Below the pieces are notes generated by a model. The model was not told the DNA's origin. It searched no databases and worked only from the letters and a program-made list of their open reading frames with translations. Of a stretch of 64,000 nt of DNA, positions 25,331 through 37,995 are shown in pieces. The position numbers were made by a program, and so were the translations under genes. The DNA is from Isurus oxyrinchus (Eukaryota): NCBI GenBank assembly GCA_026770705.1, contig JANJGN010000002.1:26102001-26166000 (forward strand), written 5' to 3'. Position 1 is the stretch's first letter, and each line of letters begins with the position of its first letter.

Positions 25331-26165
25331 CTACTATCATGGTCAATCCAAAACACTGTAGCCAGAAACACAAGTGTCTTACATCTATACTACTGGAGTA
25401 TTCAGTGATGAAAGCTTCAAAGTACCAAATCACTTGATAACAAGTTTCTTAACCTGCTGTGGATTCCTTTATTTCATGCTAAGCAAAAGCAAACACTGTG
25501 ATATTGACTGGTACAGGGCTCAACAAACTGGCTCTGAAGCACCCAGTGTAACACTGCCAATTATCCCAACCAACTAAGTTTTCTTGATTGATTTACTTAG
25601 TACCGGTTAGCGTCTCTGAGCCCAACTTTACATTTGATAAGCTGGTTTAGCATCCAAATCAACTGAGCTACTATCATAAGCCCTCTTCTCAGCCAGCTGC
25701 TTTTTTACTACGTTGGGCACAAGAGCAGTCTCAAAGAGGTTATAGTTTCTACCCTGCAATGTGGCAAACTGCAGATTGAACAGTTGTATTTTTAAAAAAT
25801 CAGTAGCTCCATTCAGGAACTGCTGGCAATATTCCACTTGCTCTCCTGATTCCAGTCATATCATATTTTCCCTATAAAGGTAGGGGTCTTCTTTCATAGA
25901 GATTTTAGTTTTTTGTTTTAACTTACCTATCATTACATGTTGACACTGAATAGAATATTTATACAAAGAAGCACAGAGGAAGCAACTAACATTCAAAAAC
26001 CAGTACTCAAGTGTAGTAGGGATTTTACCATGCAGTGATGGTCAGTCAGAGCAGGACTATTGATCCCATATGTTTCACTGCTCTGCATCCTACTGGAAAT
26101 CAGCTATTTCCCAAAATAAAAACAAAAAAGCAATAAAACCCAGCATTTACGGACTACTCTCTTAC

Positions 26166-26319
26166 CAATATGTGGGTTGAGTGCTGTCACCAGCATTAGT
26201 GACTCGTTCATTAACTTGTCAATTCTTTCTCTGTTAGCCTGAATTCCAACCACACAGTGGTCTGTGAAGGAGACACATGAATCTCCAATCAATTGTGCTG
26301 AATTCAGCACATTTTTGAT
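26166..26319 (-). CDS. fh: Fumarate hydratase exon 9 (154 nt, [15 protein letters not shown]...[12 protein letters not shown])
   Basis: CCAG|ATC acceptor and ATTG|GTAAG donor. Protein match to fumarase. Confidence 0.97.
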
Positions 26320-26504
26320 CTGGAAGAGAAAAACAAATGTATTAAATCATCTTGGTGGTTAGAAAATGCAGTGAATTTAAAGAACTCAATCTTTATGGCT
26401 ACATCAAGTGCATCCAAATCAGGAATGGTGATGACTGATAGTAATGCAAACTCCTCCTCTTTCCCGAAACCAGGTGATATCCCATCACTGCAGTCTTAAA
26501 AAAT

Positions 26505-26885
26505 GGGTTCAAGCCCCACTCCAGGGATTGAGCACAAAAATCAAGGCTGACATACTAGTGCAGTATTAAGGGAGTGCTGCATTGTCGGAGATGCCGCATT
26601 TCAGATGAGAATTTAAATCAAGATCCCATCTGCCTATTTGGGTGGACAGGAAAGAACCCTTGGCACTATTTCACAAGAGAGCAGAAAAGTTATCTCCATT
26701 TCCCTGGCCAATATTTATCACTCAACAACATCATGGTAACAGATTATCTGGTTATTATCATGTTGCCATGTGTGGGAGCTTGTTGCGTGCAAAGTGACTG
26801 CCACGCTTCCTACATTATCTCAAAGACTACACTTCAAAAGTACTTCATTAACTTGTAAAGCGCTACATAAATGCAAACCTTTTTT
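26505..26885 (+). mobile_element. Deu-domain SINE
   Basis: B-box GGGTTCAAGCCC; body similar to 14494-14930. Confidence 0.75.
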
Positions 26886-27624
26886 CCCTCTGCGTAAGAA
26901 AATTCTACCTTTCAACAAAGCCCAAATTTTGGATCTCAGAAACAAAAACCACTGACTACAAAATTACTGTGCTATAGATTAACAAGCCTTTGCGTGTAGG
27001 GAGAACACAGTAGGCATCATGTCTCATTTTCATTTAAGATCTTGAAAATCCACTGCTGTTGAAGATTGTTTTGTCATCCATTCCAGCACACAGTTATCTG
27101 AAAATAATTCAGTACTGTTTACCATACAGGCTATGTTTTAAATAATTAAAAAGACAAGTTTCATGTATTTTTAAAGCTCCTTAACAAAACCAGAAATATA
27201 ATTCAGTCAGTGGTGAGAATGTGGAACTCACAGCTACATGTAATGGTTGAAGAGAATAGCATTTAAGGGCAAGCTAGATAAGTAACATGAGAAAGAAATG
27301 AAGAATACCATAAGATGAAATTAAGCAAATTGGGTAGGAGGAGGCTCATGTGGAGCATATACTCCAGCATACACCAAATGGCCTACTTTATGCTGTAGGT
27401 TCTATGCAATTGAAATTACTTGTTTTATGAAAACTGTGAAGGAGCATGCAGATGACAATAAATTCTAGCAGTGGCAAACTATAGTGACCATGTTAATCTT
27501 TTCTTCACCTTTGCATTTCAAATAACCAGTCTCAATGACTTGGAACTATATAATGCCTTTAACATAGCTGCTTTATGAGGGCATGATAAAAAAGTTAATT
27601 TAAAGAAAGAAAGAAAGAAAGAAA

Positions 27625-27900
27625 CTTACATTTTGACTTCAGGTCATCCCAAAGCACTTCATGGCCAAAGAAGTACTTCTGATGTGCAGTCACCATTGTA
27701 ATACAGGAAACTGCAACAACCAATTTAGACAGAGCAAGGTCCCACAAGCTGAGATAAATGATCAGATAATGTGTTTTTTAAGAAAAAGTGATGTTGAAGG
27801 ATAAATATTCGTCAGGACCCTGAGAGAACTCTCTGCTGCTTAGCTCTTTTACATATATCTCAGAGGATACCTGGATCCTGAGATCTCCAAAAGATGGCTC
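27625..27900 (-). mobile_element. Degenerate Deu-domain SINE
   Basis: Reverse complement of the SINE 3' half (CAAAGCACTT...GAAGTACTT...GGATAAATATT). Confidence 0.55.
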
Positions 27901-28328
27901 ACAGATTGCATCAGGCAATGAATCTCTATGGCTTTATTATCAAAGTCTTGGTGACAAGAAGTAGCAATTTGAACTTTTGGTTTTGGACTGTGATCTCTTC
28001 CTGCCCCCACCAACAATCAAAAGTGAATGATTGAGCTTGCTCTGTACCATCTTAGTATTAGCAATGCAGCATTCACTACAATTCTAGAGATCAATTTTCA
28101 CCCATACTACAATCTATAAATTTTGCAGATTAATACATTATTTAAAATACACACATACATGAAGATATGTAATCAAATATAGTTGGAATTAGAGGAAAAT
28201 CAATTATTATACAGCTACTTAGCACACTTCTTCATGTTATGCCACTTTATATGTAGCAATCTCTACATTTGGACTTCTACGCTTAGCACAAGATTCTTTG
28301 AAAAAAAATCAAGTTTCCTAGTACTTAC

Positions 28329-28456
28329 CATCAAGGGTTTAAAAACATTGAGCTCAAAGTGGCCATTACTTCCTCCAACAGTAACTGCAACATGATTTCC
28401 CATAACTTGTGCTGCTACCATGGTAACAGCTTCACACTGGGTGGGGTTCACCTTAC
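28329..28456 (-). CDS. fh: Fumarate hydratase exon 8 (128 nt, [10 protein letters not shown]...[12 protein letters not shown])
   Basis: ATAG|GT acceptor and ATG|GTAAGT donor. Completes the GSSIMPGKVNP fumarate-lyase signature. Confidence 0.98.
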
Positions 28457-28671
28457 CTATCAAAACACAGAAAACGCAATACTTGCCATAAAAGTTGAAT
28501 CACACATTCTGTAATTTTCATTGAATTACTGATTTTTACTGCAAAGTTGGAAAAAGCATTTCTTTGTGCTAAAAGTGTAACTGCCTTCCTTAAGATTAGC
28601 AATTATTCTGTCTAATCTTAACATTGTCTCAGTCAGCTATGGTTCCCTAATATCTGGTGGTGCAGTTTCTT

Positions 28672-30403
28672 GAAAAGCAGATTACTGTGGGATGCTGGAA
28701 CCCAAAATATAAAACAGAAAATGCTAAAAATACTCAGCAGGTCAGGCAGCATCTGTGAAGAGAGAAACTTAATGGCCCAGCTCTTCCAGTCTCCGGATGG
28801 CTGTACCCCAGAAGATCTGCTGGGGGACCTCTCGGAAGTCCCAACGCAAGGACTTCACGGGAATTGCCCAGGGAGTTTCAACTTTTGATGGACAATTCCC
28901 CTCCGCCTGGAGCCCTCCAAAAAACTCGAACTCTGAATTAGAATCAGAGGCTTCGGAGTGTTCCATAGTTACCCAGGAAATGTTAGACAGGAAAAAAACA
29001 CATCAACCTCCTGGGTAACTATACAACTGACGCCCCAGACTCCCCTCTGAACCCTGAACCCTCCCCACCAACTCCCATCCTGACCCTCCGATTTTTCCCC
29101 CACCAACCCTCTGACTCCATCCCAACCTAATCACCCTACCCACCCTGCCCAGTTGACACCCTACCATTCTACCCACATACCTCACTCACATTAATTCACT
29201 AACACAGTGAAAAGCTATTTAAATGTCCCAAAGCTTTTCACTACATTAGTGAATAAAGATTTACCAAAATACAGCAACTAGTGCCGTAAAAGAAGGAGCA
29301 TAACTTGGTTTCGTCTGACAATCCTGCCCAACGAAGGACGACTCCCAGAACAGGTATGCTCCGCATTTCTGAAGAAGTCCTGGCCTGAAATGTGGATCTC
29401 TGGTGCGGTGTAAACAAAAAAAGGAGCGGCGTGGCAATCCTTGTGATTGCCAGTCCTTGGAATATTCAGCCCAATGTTTCAGGTCTGTGACCTTTCATCA
29501 GAACTGGGAAAAAGTTAGAAACGTAATAGGTTCGGAGCAAGGGGTGGGTGGGATAAGGACAAAAGTGATAGGTGAAAATTAGGCAGGATTGAACGACAGA
29601 ACAGTTAGTCTTACAGGGCCAAAGGGATTGTTTCTTTTTTTGCACCATAGTCAAAGAAACAAAAGATGTGCCTTGAGCAGGCTTGCTGCTGTCAGGAAAC
29701 GGAAATAAGAGCAAAACAGAAACATGCAGAGAAAAGGAAACAAAAATAGGGGCTAAGGTTACAGCCTGAAATTACTGAATTCACTGATGTGTCTAGAAGT
29801 CTGTAAAGTGCCTAATTAAAAGGAGAGGTGCTGTTCCTCAAACTTGTGTTGAGCCTCACCGGGACAGTGCAACTGGCCGAGGATAGAGATGTCAGTGTGA
29901 TTGCAAGGCAGAGAATTAAAATCACAGGGCACCAGAAGCTTGGGGTAAGGTTTGCAGACTGAACAGAGGTGTTACGCAGTCACGCAATCTGTGTTTAGTC
30001 TCCCCAATGTTGCAGTTGTGGAAGGATGCATCATCAGAACAGATGCAAAAGAGATAGAGAAACTGGGAGAACGGAATGTAATCCTTACAAGACTTCAAGT
30101 AGGAGGGAGTGTACAGTTCACTGTGGGAGTTAAGTGGGTTTATAATATTAGTTTATAGACTATGACCAGAAATGGAGACAAAAAAGTCAAGGAAGGAAGG
30201 AGTCAGAGATGGACTAGAGAAAAGTAGAAATTGGAAGTAAAAGTTGATGAAGCTTTCCAATTCAGGGCAAGAGCAGGACAGGGCACCGTTATATTCATAA
30301 TTTCTAACCTTTCCCAGTTCTTATGAAAGGTCACAGCCCTGAAATGTTAACACTGTTTGTCTCTCTACAGATGCTGCTGAGTATTTCCAGCATTTTAACT
30401 TGT
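28672..30403 (-). mobile_element. Older PLE insertion with inverted 3' ends (minus arm 28672-~30295, plus arm ~30300-30403)
   Basis: PLE terminal sequence at both ends facing outward, GIY-YIG remnants near 29770-30010, hammerhead remnants at 29473-29505 (minus, CUGAUGA) and 30316-30351 (plus, decayed). Flanks are TGCAGTT(T)CTT on both sides. Confidence 0.75.
28774..29472. mobile_element. Harbinger-like non-autonomous TIR element nested in the PLE terminus
   Basis: Degenerate TIRs GGCCCAGCTCTTCC / GGAATATTCAGCCC with TSD AAT (28771-28773, 29473-29475). The PLE sequence resumes after it. Confidence 0.65.
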
Positions 30404-30446
30404 TGCAGTTCTTCGATGTGACAACACAAAGGTCAGTAAGGTTCAT

Positions 30447-31358
30447 ATAGAAACACAGAAATTAGGGGCAGGAGTAGGCCATTCCTACTCATCCAACTCA
30501 ATAGCCTGCTCCCGCTTTCTCCCCATACCCTTTGATCCCTTTCGCCCCCAAGAGCTATATCTAACTCCTTCTTGAAAGCATACAATGTTTTGGTCTCAAC
30601 TACTGTGTAGTAACGAATTCCACAGGCTCACCATTCTCTGGGTGAAGAAATTTCTCCTCATCTCAGTCCTAAATGATCTACCCCATATCCTTAGACTGTG
30701 ACCCCTGGTTCTGAACTCCCCCGCCATCGGGAACATTCTGCCTGCATCTACCCTGTCTAGTCCTGTTAGAATTTTACAGGTTTCTATGAGATCCGCCCCC
30801 CCCCCCCCCCCCCCCCCCCCCCAACCCCCCCACCCCCAGTCTTCTGAATGCCAGTAAATATAATCCTAATCGACTCAATCTCTCCTCATATGTCAGTCCG
30901 TCATCCCAGGAATCAGTCGGGTAAACCTTTGCTGCACTCCCTCTATAGCAAGAACATCCTTCCTCAGATAAGGAGACCAAAACTGCACACAATATTCCAG
31001 GTGTGGTCTCACCAAGGCCCTGTACAATTGCAGCAAGACATCCCTGTTCCTGTACTCGAATCCTCTGGCTGTGAAGGCCAACATACCATTTGCCTTCTTT
31101 ACCACTTGCTGCACCTGCATACTTACCTTCAGCGACTGGTGTCCAAGGACACCCAGGTCTCGTTGCACATTCCCCTCTCTCAATTTATAGCCATTCAGAT
31201 AATAATCTGCCTTCCTGTTTTTGCTACCAAAATGGATAACCTCACATTTCTCCATATTATACTGCATCTGCCATGCATTTGCCTACTCACTCAGCTTGTC
31301 CAAATCACACTGAAATATCTCTGCATCTGCCACAGCTCATCCTCCCACCCAGCTTTGT
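30447..31358 (-). mobile_element. 5'-truncated CR1 LINE
   Basis: ORF 30893-31267 (KCEVIHFG...RDLGV...LYRALVRPHLEYCVQFWSP) plus CR1 3' tail. Contains a poly-C tract at ~30796-30822. Confidence 0.9.
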
Positions 31359-32528
31359 AGCATGCAGAGTTTCCCAAATAAAACCCATCTGAGAAGCACT
31401 GACTTGGCCTTTGGCCTAAGACCTTGCTGATGGAAAAAGTAAAAAGACGTTGTTGTGTTTGTCCTGATGAATATAAGACAAAAATCTTCAGCAACATATC
31501 TCTCTTTTCAGCAAACAAAAAAGAAATAAAAAAACGTCAGTATATTGTGACACCAGAGAATTAACTGGGATTGATTTTATGCACATAATTTGTATTTTGT
31601 CACTACCTGCCACTCACTGTACTTTGCTGGAGAGATAATTCTGCTTTTATCAGGCAAGTTTCAGTCATGGAGTTCTGTTTGCTGTCATTGTTTTCGGATT
31701 CCATCTAAATATAGTCCATTTTCCATAGTGTGCAGAAACTCTGTTTTAAATAGACTGTTAGCTGCAAGTCCTGACCCCACCAACCCAACAACTGACATAA
31801 TGGCATCATTACTCACTCAGATATTTAAAAAAAAAAATCAGAGTACAGGTTGTTCTCACATCTCATAACACACTTTTACACTGGAGAAATGCTGATACCA
31901 TTGGAGTTATGATACTTGTGCTACCGACAGCCTTTAAAGGACCCAATGGTGCCAGAGAAATGCTGTTCAGGACTCTATTTACCTCTAACGCACAGTCAAA
32001 TAACCTCCATCTTACAACTATGAGAACTGCACCTCTGCGACCTCCAGCATGCCTCGATTAACAACACCAGCTAAAGTAAACGAGGAAAATTACATAGAGG
32101 TTGAGCACTTCTGTTTCAGGATCTATTAAAAGAATAAAGTGCCAAAACAGCAGTTACAGGCTTAGGCCACCTATCTGGGTTGTTGCTTGTGGAATGTTAT
32201 ATGATAAATGGGCCATTAGAGAAAAGAGAAAATAAAACAGGAATTAAAAAAAGAGACACAGAAAAAAGTGCACTGCGTAATTCTAACTAACTTGCTTAGC
32301 TATTGCAAAGATGAGAAAATCACCTTTAAATCCCTTTAAAAAGCAGTAAAATTCACATCAGGAAATTCTTAACTGCAAACCATTAAAATCATAATTTGAA
32401 AATAAAGCCAATGTTAGCAGATAAGAGGCCCACAAAATATTCATTTGTCTACTACTTTAATGCAAGCATTCATCCATTTAAAGATCACTTGGTAGTACAG
32501 AACTTGAATAATGCTGAAAGGGGACATG

Positions 32529-32564
32529 TTGTCGAAGGTTTTCACTTTGCACTCATCAGGACAA
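32529..32564 (-). ncRNA. Minimal type I hammerhead ribozyme motif
   Basis: UUGUC-CUGAUGA-GUGCAAAGU-GAAA-ACCU-UC-GACAA. Canonical core and intact 5-bp stem I; stems II and III are decayed. Confidence 0.65.
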
Positions 32565-33001
32565 ATGCAAGAATACCAAATTTCAAACGGTCACGATAAT
32601 TTATACCAATAGAAAAATGGCGGTGCTGATTGGTTGGCAAGTCAACTCAGATTGGTCGAGGCATCGCTATAGAGAAAGCAAGAATAAACTATAGGCTCCC
32701 CATTCTTCCAGGCAGTTGAAAACAGGTGCAAGGTTTGAACAATTTTTTTTGTTTGCAGAGAATGGGTTCCGGTGTATGAATGTGTCACTTCTAAAAAGCA
32801 TAAATTAGCCACATTACGAGCTTGACCGAATATCTTAAATTGGTTAAGTGTAGCTATTAGTGTAGGGAGCCGAGAGTTCCCTGTTATTTTCTCTATGACA
32901 ATGCCTTGGCCAATCAAGAGTCAAGCTGCCAACCAATCAGCAGCCATTTTTTTCCTGTAGTATAAATTCTTGTGACCGTTTGAAATTTAGTATTCTTGCA
33001 T

Positions 33002-33037
33002 TTGTCCTGATGAGTGCAAAATGAAAAGCTTCGGAAA
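33002..33037 (+). ncRNA. Minimal type I hammerhead ribozyme motif
   Basis: UUGUC-CUGAUGA-GUGCAAAAU-GAA-AAGCUU-C-GGAAA. Canonical core and palindromic stem III AAGCUU; the stem I 3' strand is decayed. Confidence 0.65.
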
Positions 33038-33435
33038 CACACATCTCCTTTCAGCAATAATCAAGATTTAAATGGATTAGTGCCTCCACTTAACAGCAAG
33101 GATGTAACCACGGTAAACATTTATGTACCAATATAATAAAGCGTACTTCTATAGCCCATAGTTATGGCTCTACATTTCTCCGAGATGTATAAGTATAGTT
33201 TTACGAGTATTTTTCTGCTGAACAGCTATTAAACACAAATATTTTGCAAATCAATTAAGGTTTTTGCAGGTGTATGTTTGGTCTTAAAGGCAGACATCTG
33301 CTCTTTTGTTTCACTGGACCACTGAAAATGTGTTGCAATAAAGTTTAAACCACAGTTACAGACTTTGTGCCATGTATGCATTCCACAACAGGGTAGCAAC
33401 ATACATCAAAACAGCAACTTCTGACAGACACTTTA

Positions 33436-33687
<252 letters not shown>

Positions 33688-34171
33688 CTATCGTCATTTT
33701 GCATCTGCTGCAGTCTACCACCTGCCAATTGGGCTATAATCGCATATTCTGATATGCACTGAACACCACCTACTGCCAGTATAACTGTAGGAAACCCAAA
33801 TATTTCTCTGTGCAAAAGGTAATGATGGTCCTGCCAGCATTTGACAGCTTGATCCCACTGAACACAGAAGTACCTCTCACTAATCAAAACAAGATTGGTT
33901 TTGTTTTGCTGTGAGCCAGAGCTGCAGGGATTTTCTTTTTAATGCAAGACAGCTGGAGATGAGGAACAGAAAAATAGAAAAGACAAAAAAAAAAAGGGAA
34001 TAAATGCTTAGAATATCCTAACAGGGAGATGTCTAGTAACAAGCTCAGTGTTTAACTTGTCAAAATTCAGTCTACTGTTCTAATTTTGTTAAACACATTA
34101 TCTCAAAATAAATGAGACAAAGTGCTGTGGCAGGGCATGTTTAACACAAGTTTAACACATTCTGATATATA

Positions 34172-34284
34172 GGGCGGGATTTTCCACACCCGCCCGCCGC
34201 CGCGATCTTCCGGTCCCGCCACAAGTCAATGGACGGCTGGCTGAGGCGTCTCTTCGCCCGGGATGGGGTCAGAAGAGCCCGACC
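34172..34284. mobile_element. 113-bp Harbinger-type mini-MITE
   Basis: GGGCGGGATTTTCC left TIR, degenerate right TIR AGAAGAGCCCGACC, TSD ATA (34169-34171, 34285-34287). CpG-rich insert in an AT-rich intron. Confidence 0.65.
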
Positions 34285-34588
34285 ATAGTAACCAACATGC
34301 ACTGTATATGGGAGAATGGAGTCCTCATACAAGATACGCGTCCGGTCAGTCACCACCCAAGACAGAAAAAGAAGTTAATGCTTTGGAAAACACTGACTCC
34401 CCGTCCGTTACTTCAGATCACCATTCACGAGTTTTCTTTTCAGCTCCTTGCAATGGTACACACTTGATTTGTTCATGTCGCACAATTATTTTTATAAGTA
34501 AAAGACAGTAAAATTTTGAACACTTTAAAACAGAACTGTATTATCAGTAAAAGCTGTAGTGCATATACTGTTTAATGATCCATCTGAC

Positions 34589-34754
34589 CTGTAAGCTCTG
34601 AGATTTTGGCAGCCACTTTCTCCGCGAACCCTATCCTCGTGTTCAATCCTGTTCCTACTGCAGTCCCGCCAGCTGCTAGCTCATATATTCTTGGCAATGC
34701 AGCCTTAATCCGTTCCATACCATATTTTATCTGCTGTACATAGCCACTAAACTC
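34589..34754 (-). CDS. fh: Fumarate hydratase exon 6 (166 nt, [10 protein letters not shown]...[32 protein letters not shown])
   Basis: TTTAG|GAG acceptor and ACAG|GTCAGA donor. Not in the ORF track; found by reading the minus strand. Confidence 0.97.
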
Positions 34755-34899
34755 CTAAACATGAATAAAAACAACAGGCAGTGAATTCTAATCAATATTT
34801 TAGAACAAAACCCTAACACAATGTAACTCATTCAATTTGAAAGAATATTTCACAGGGGGACACTACGGTCACAGTATTTTAAAAAATGTTTTTTCATAG

Positions 34900-35290
34900 A
34901 CTGGTTTAGCAAGTTAACCTTTTATCATGGAGACCTGTGTTTCAAATCAACCTAGATTGATGTAATGATGGTTTTCTTTCGTTTGGATAATCTCAATCCA
35001 GTTCCTGGTGTGATCCACAGCAGAAAATTGGCCACAATTTTCCAAAGATTAGCCACAATTTTCCAAAAATTAGCAATTTCCTCTAAGAAGCTGGAAGTGT
35101 ACTGAGTGTGTGGAAAGTTGGGGGAAAAAATTGCATTGCTGCCATTGCAGAACTCTGCTGAATTTAAGCTAATGCATGATGCCAGAGCAGAGTAGAAGGA
35201 GCTTTAGAGCTGACATTGCCAAACCTTATCCAGGAAGTGTTTGATAATGAAACCGGGTGCTTAAATTGATAAATGTTCCCCAGCACTAAT
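34900..35290 (+). mobile_element. Ancient SINE resembling LF-SINE
   Basis: GAGACCTGTGTTTCAAATC (B-box-like), TCTCAATCCAGTTCCTGGTG and TCCACAGCAGAAAA recall the LF-SINE consensus, from memory and not aligned. Confidence 0.45.
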
Positions 35291-35789
35291 TCCCTTGCTT
35301 GATGGACACAAAAATTCATAAATAGCTTGTTCTCAACTCACTCAGCTTCCAAGTGGCAGCCACATTACAAACAGACGCATCAATTAATTTCACTACTACA
35401 GTTACAGAATGGACACCAGGTCCCAATAGCCAGCTTTCACTTTAACAATATTCTCCAACAGTTTACCCACTAGCTACACATAGCTAAATGTGAATCATGC
35501 TTTGGATAATTGCATTTTTGATTAGTAAATTAAAAATGAGTAATGAACACCATTGTTGGGCATGTGATCTCAATACTCATATTTGCACTACATTAATGTG
35601 TACTTTAACCTTTTTGTGTTTGTTGACAAGATGAAAAGCAGAGTGCATTTTCATCATTGTGTACTTTACTTCCTTGTTTATTGCTCATGGGCGGTCTGCT
35701 AAAAATAATGGGTAACACAGGTGAAAACACCAGATTTCAGCACCGTGGAAACACCAGCAACATTATATGGAGAAGGGTGCCATCATCGT

Positions 35790-37365
35790 GGCTAGACATT
35801 TCAGAATAACTGCTCCAGGACAGTGGAAGAAGGCAAGGCCAGAAAATCATGAACAGCTCCAACAAACAGTAACCCCTCTGAAATTTGTGCCAAGCTTTCC
35901 TGGAACTCCATGTTTGAATCCCTTCAATCAGGTTTCTGACCCTACTGCAAAATGGAACGGCCCTTATCAAAGTCACAAATGACATCCGATATGATGGAGA
36001 CAATGGTAGACAAATCCTTCCTTGTTCTTCTCCATTCCCCTGCAGCCTTTGACATGGTTGACCACACCATCCTCCTCCAATGACTCTCCACCATCATCCA
36101 ACTGGGTGGGACTGCACTTGTCTGATTTCATTCTTACGAGAGAACCACCCGCAATAATTTCTCTTCCCCTTCCCACACTGTTATCTCTGATGTCCCCCAA
36201 GGATCAATCCTTGGTTCCTCCCATTTCTGAATCTGTCCCTCAGCAACACCATGTAAAAACACTTCATCAATTTTCACAGCTACCACATCATCATCTCTCT
36301 AAACCCCTTCACTATCTCTAAATTATCTCACTGCTTGTTCAACATCCAGTACTGGATTGGATGAAACTTCCTCCATGTGAATACTGGGAAAACCAAAGCC
36401 ACTGCCTTGGGTTCCCAAAACAAACTGCTCCCTAGCCACCAACTCCATCCCTCGCTTTGGCAATGGTCTGAGGCTCAACCAGGCTGTTTGCAATCTTAAC
36501 TCTGAAAATTGTACTTAACCCCGAAATGAGCCACATCCATGCCATAACACTGCCTATCTTTAGAGTTAACATTTCGAGTCTTTATGATTCTTCAGAGTTC
36601 TGAAGAAGCATCATGAGAACTCGAAATGTTAACTTTTTTTCTCTCCACAGATGCTGATAGACCTGCTGAGCTTTTCCAGCATTTTCTGTTTATGTTTCAG
36701 ATTTTCAGCATCTGCAGTTTTTTGCTTTTAGCTACCTATTTCTACCTCTGTGACATCATCTGACTCTGCCCCTGCTTATCTGCTGCTGAAACCCTCACCC
36801 ATGTCATTGTTCCTCTAGAATTGTCTACGCTAATGCACTTCTGGCTGACCTCCCACTTTCCACTCTTTGCAAATTTGAAGTCATCCAAAACTCTGCTGCC
36901 CATGTGCAACTAGCATCAAGTCCCTTTCACCCATCACTTCTATGCATAGTGACCTATACTGGCTCCGGTTAAATAACTCCTCAATTTTAACATTCTCAAC
37001 CTTGTTTTCAGCTCAGTCCATGGCTTGAACCTTCCCTTTATTTGTACCTCCTCAAGCACTACAACTCTCCAAATATCTGCTCATCCTGGACACTCATGCA
37101 TGCACAGTTTTAACTGCTCCACCACTGGTGCCTATGCCTTTCGCTGCCAAGGCCCTAATTCCCTCCACCTCTATTTGCTTCTTTGAGATCCTCCTTAAAA
37201 CCTATATCAAAGTGACAAAGCTTTTGGTCATCTGTCTTAATATCTCCTTATGTGATTCTGTGTCCAATTTTGTTTGATAATGCCCGTGAAGCACCTTGAA
37301 ACATTCTGTTAGCTTAAAGGTGTTCTACCTTAAAGATGCTATACAAATACGAGTTGTGGTTGTTT
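35790..37365 (+). mobile_element. Degenerate L2 LINE, RT to 3' end
   Basis: Remnants of FQSGF, AFDMVDHTILL, VPQGSILG and IQNSAA, plus an L2 3' tail (GCTATACAAATACGAGTTGTGGTTG). Confidence 0.8.
36561..36731 (+). mobile_element. ~170-bp PLE terminal fragment with back-to-back hammerhead cores, inserted in L2
   Basis: Palindrome 36563-36634 with CTGAAGA on both strands (36600-36606 plus, 36589-36595 minus), followed by the PLE tail CCACAGATGCTG..AGACCTGCTGAG. Approximate TSD CTGCCTATCT/CTACCTATTT. Confidence 0.75.
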
Positions 37366-37995
37366 GATAAATTCATGCCAGAATTCAAAACTTTGGTGGA
37401 AGAAAATGGGGTGAAATTGTTCTTCAGCGGTACCACAAAACAGGTGACAGAAAATTAGCAGCTCGTTTCATGCCTGGCTCAATTTTCTTCGCAATTGACT
37501 AAATGATAGTAGATATACACATAAGTAAACATATCTGTACTACCTAATTTCAATTAAAATTAATGATATGATTAAATGTTTTCACCATAGCTGTGCATGT
37601 AGCTAGTCAGCCATTTCTACTGGACAACAATGCTTTAAAGCTGCAGCAAAATTGAAATGAATTTAGCGCAATGGACACATCAGTGGCACAGTATACTGGT
37701 GGGCCAATCCAGGGTATATCCCATTGCAGTCCCTACATCCCACCTGGAGAGCTGCAAATCTCAGTTATGCTGTCCGAAAAGCATCAACCAAAGGAAATTG
37801 CTCATGTGGACTGGCTGCTTGTGATGAATGGACCCACCAGAAACATTCCTTTCTCTTCCAGATGTGGGTTGTGCATTTCAAGCAATTTTTTTTTATATAA
37901 GGACAGATTTCAAATCTTCACATTGCTCCTCTATTTATCTTTTATTGTAGCAGTGAGGTTTCATGCCAGAACAGATATGCTTTCTTTCAACCTAC

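Larger units (their letters stand above)
32513..33055. mobile_element. Palindromic PLE derivative of a second lineage: two inverted pseudo-LTRs around an endonuclease C-terminal remnant
   Basis: ~180-bp inverted arms, each with CCAAT, CCAAT, TATAAAT and a hammerhead. The spacer translates on minus as NQFKIFGQARNVANLCFLE...K...VQTLHLF, resembling a PLE GIY-YIG C-terminus. AATAAT flanks both sides. Confidence 0.8.

Noticed and set aside
30796-30822. Poly-C tract as a functional element
   Set aside because: A simple homopolymer expansion inside a CR1 copy whose length may also be a sequencing error.
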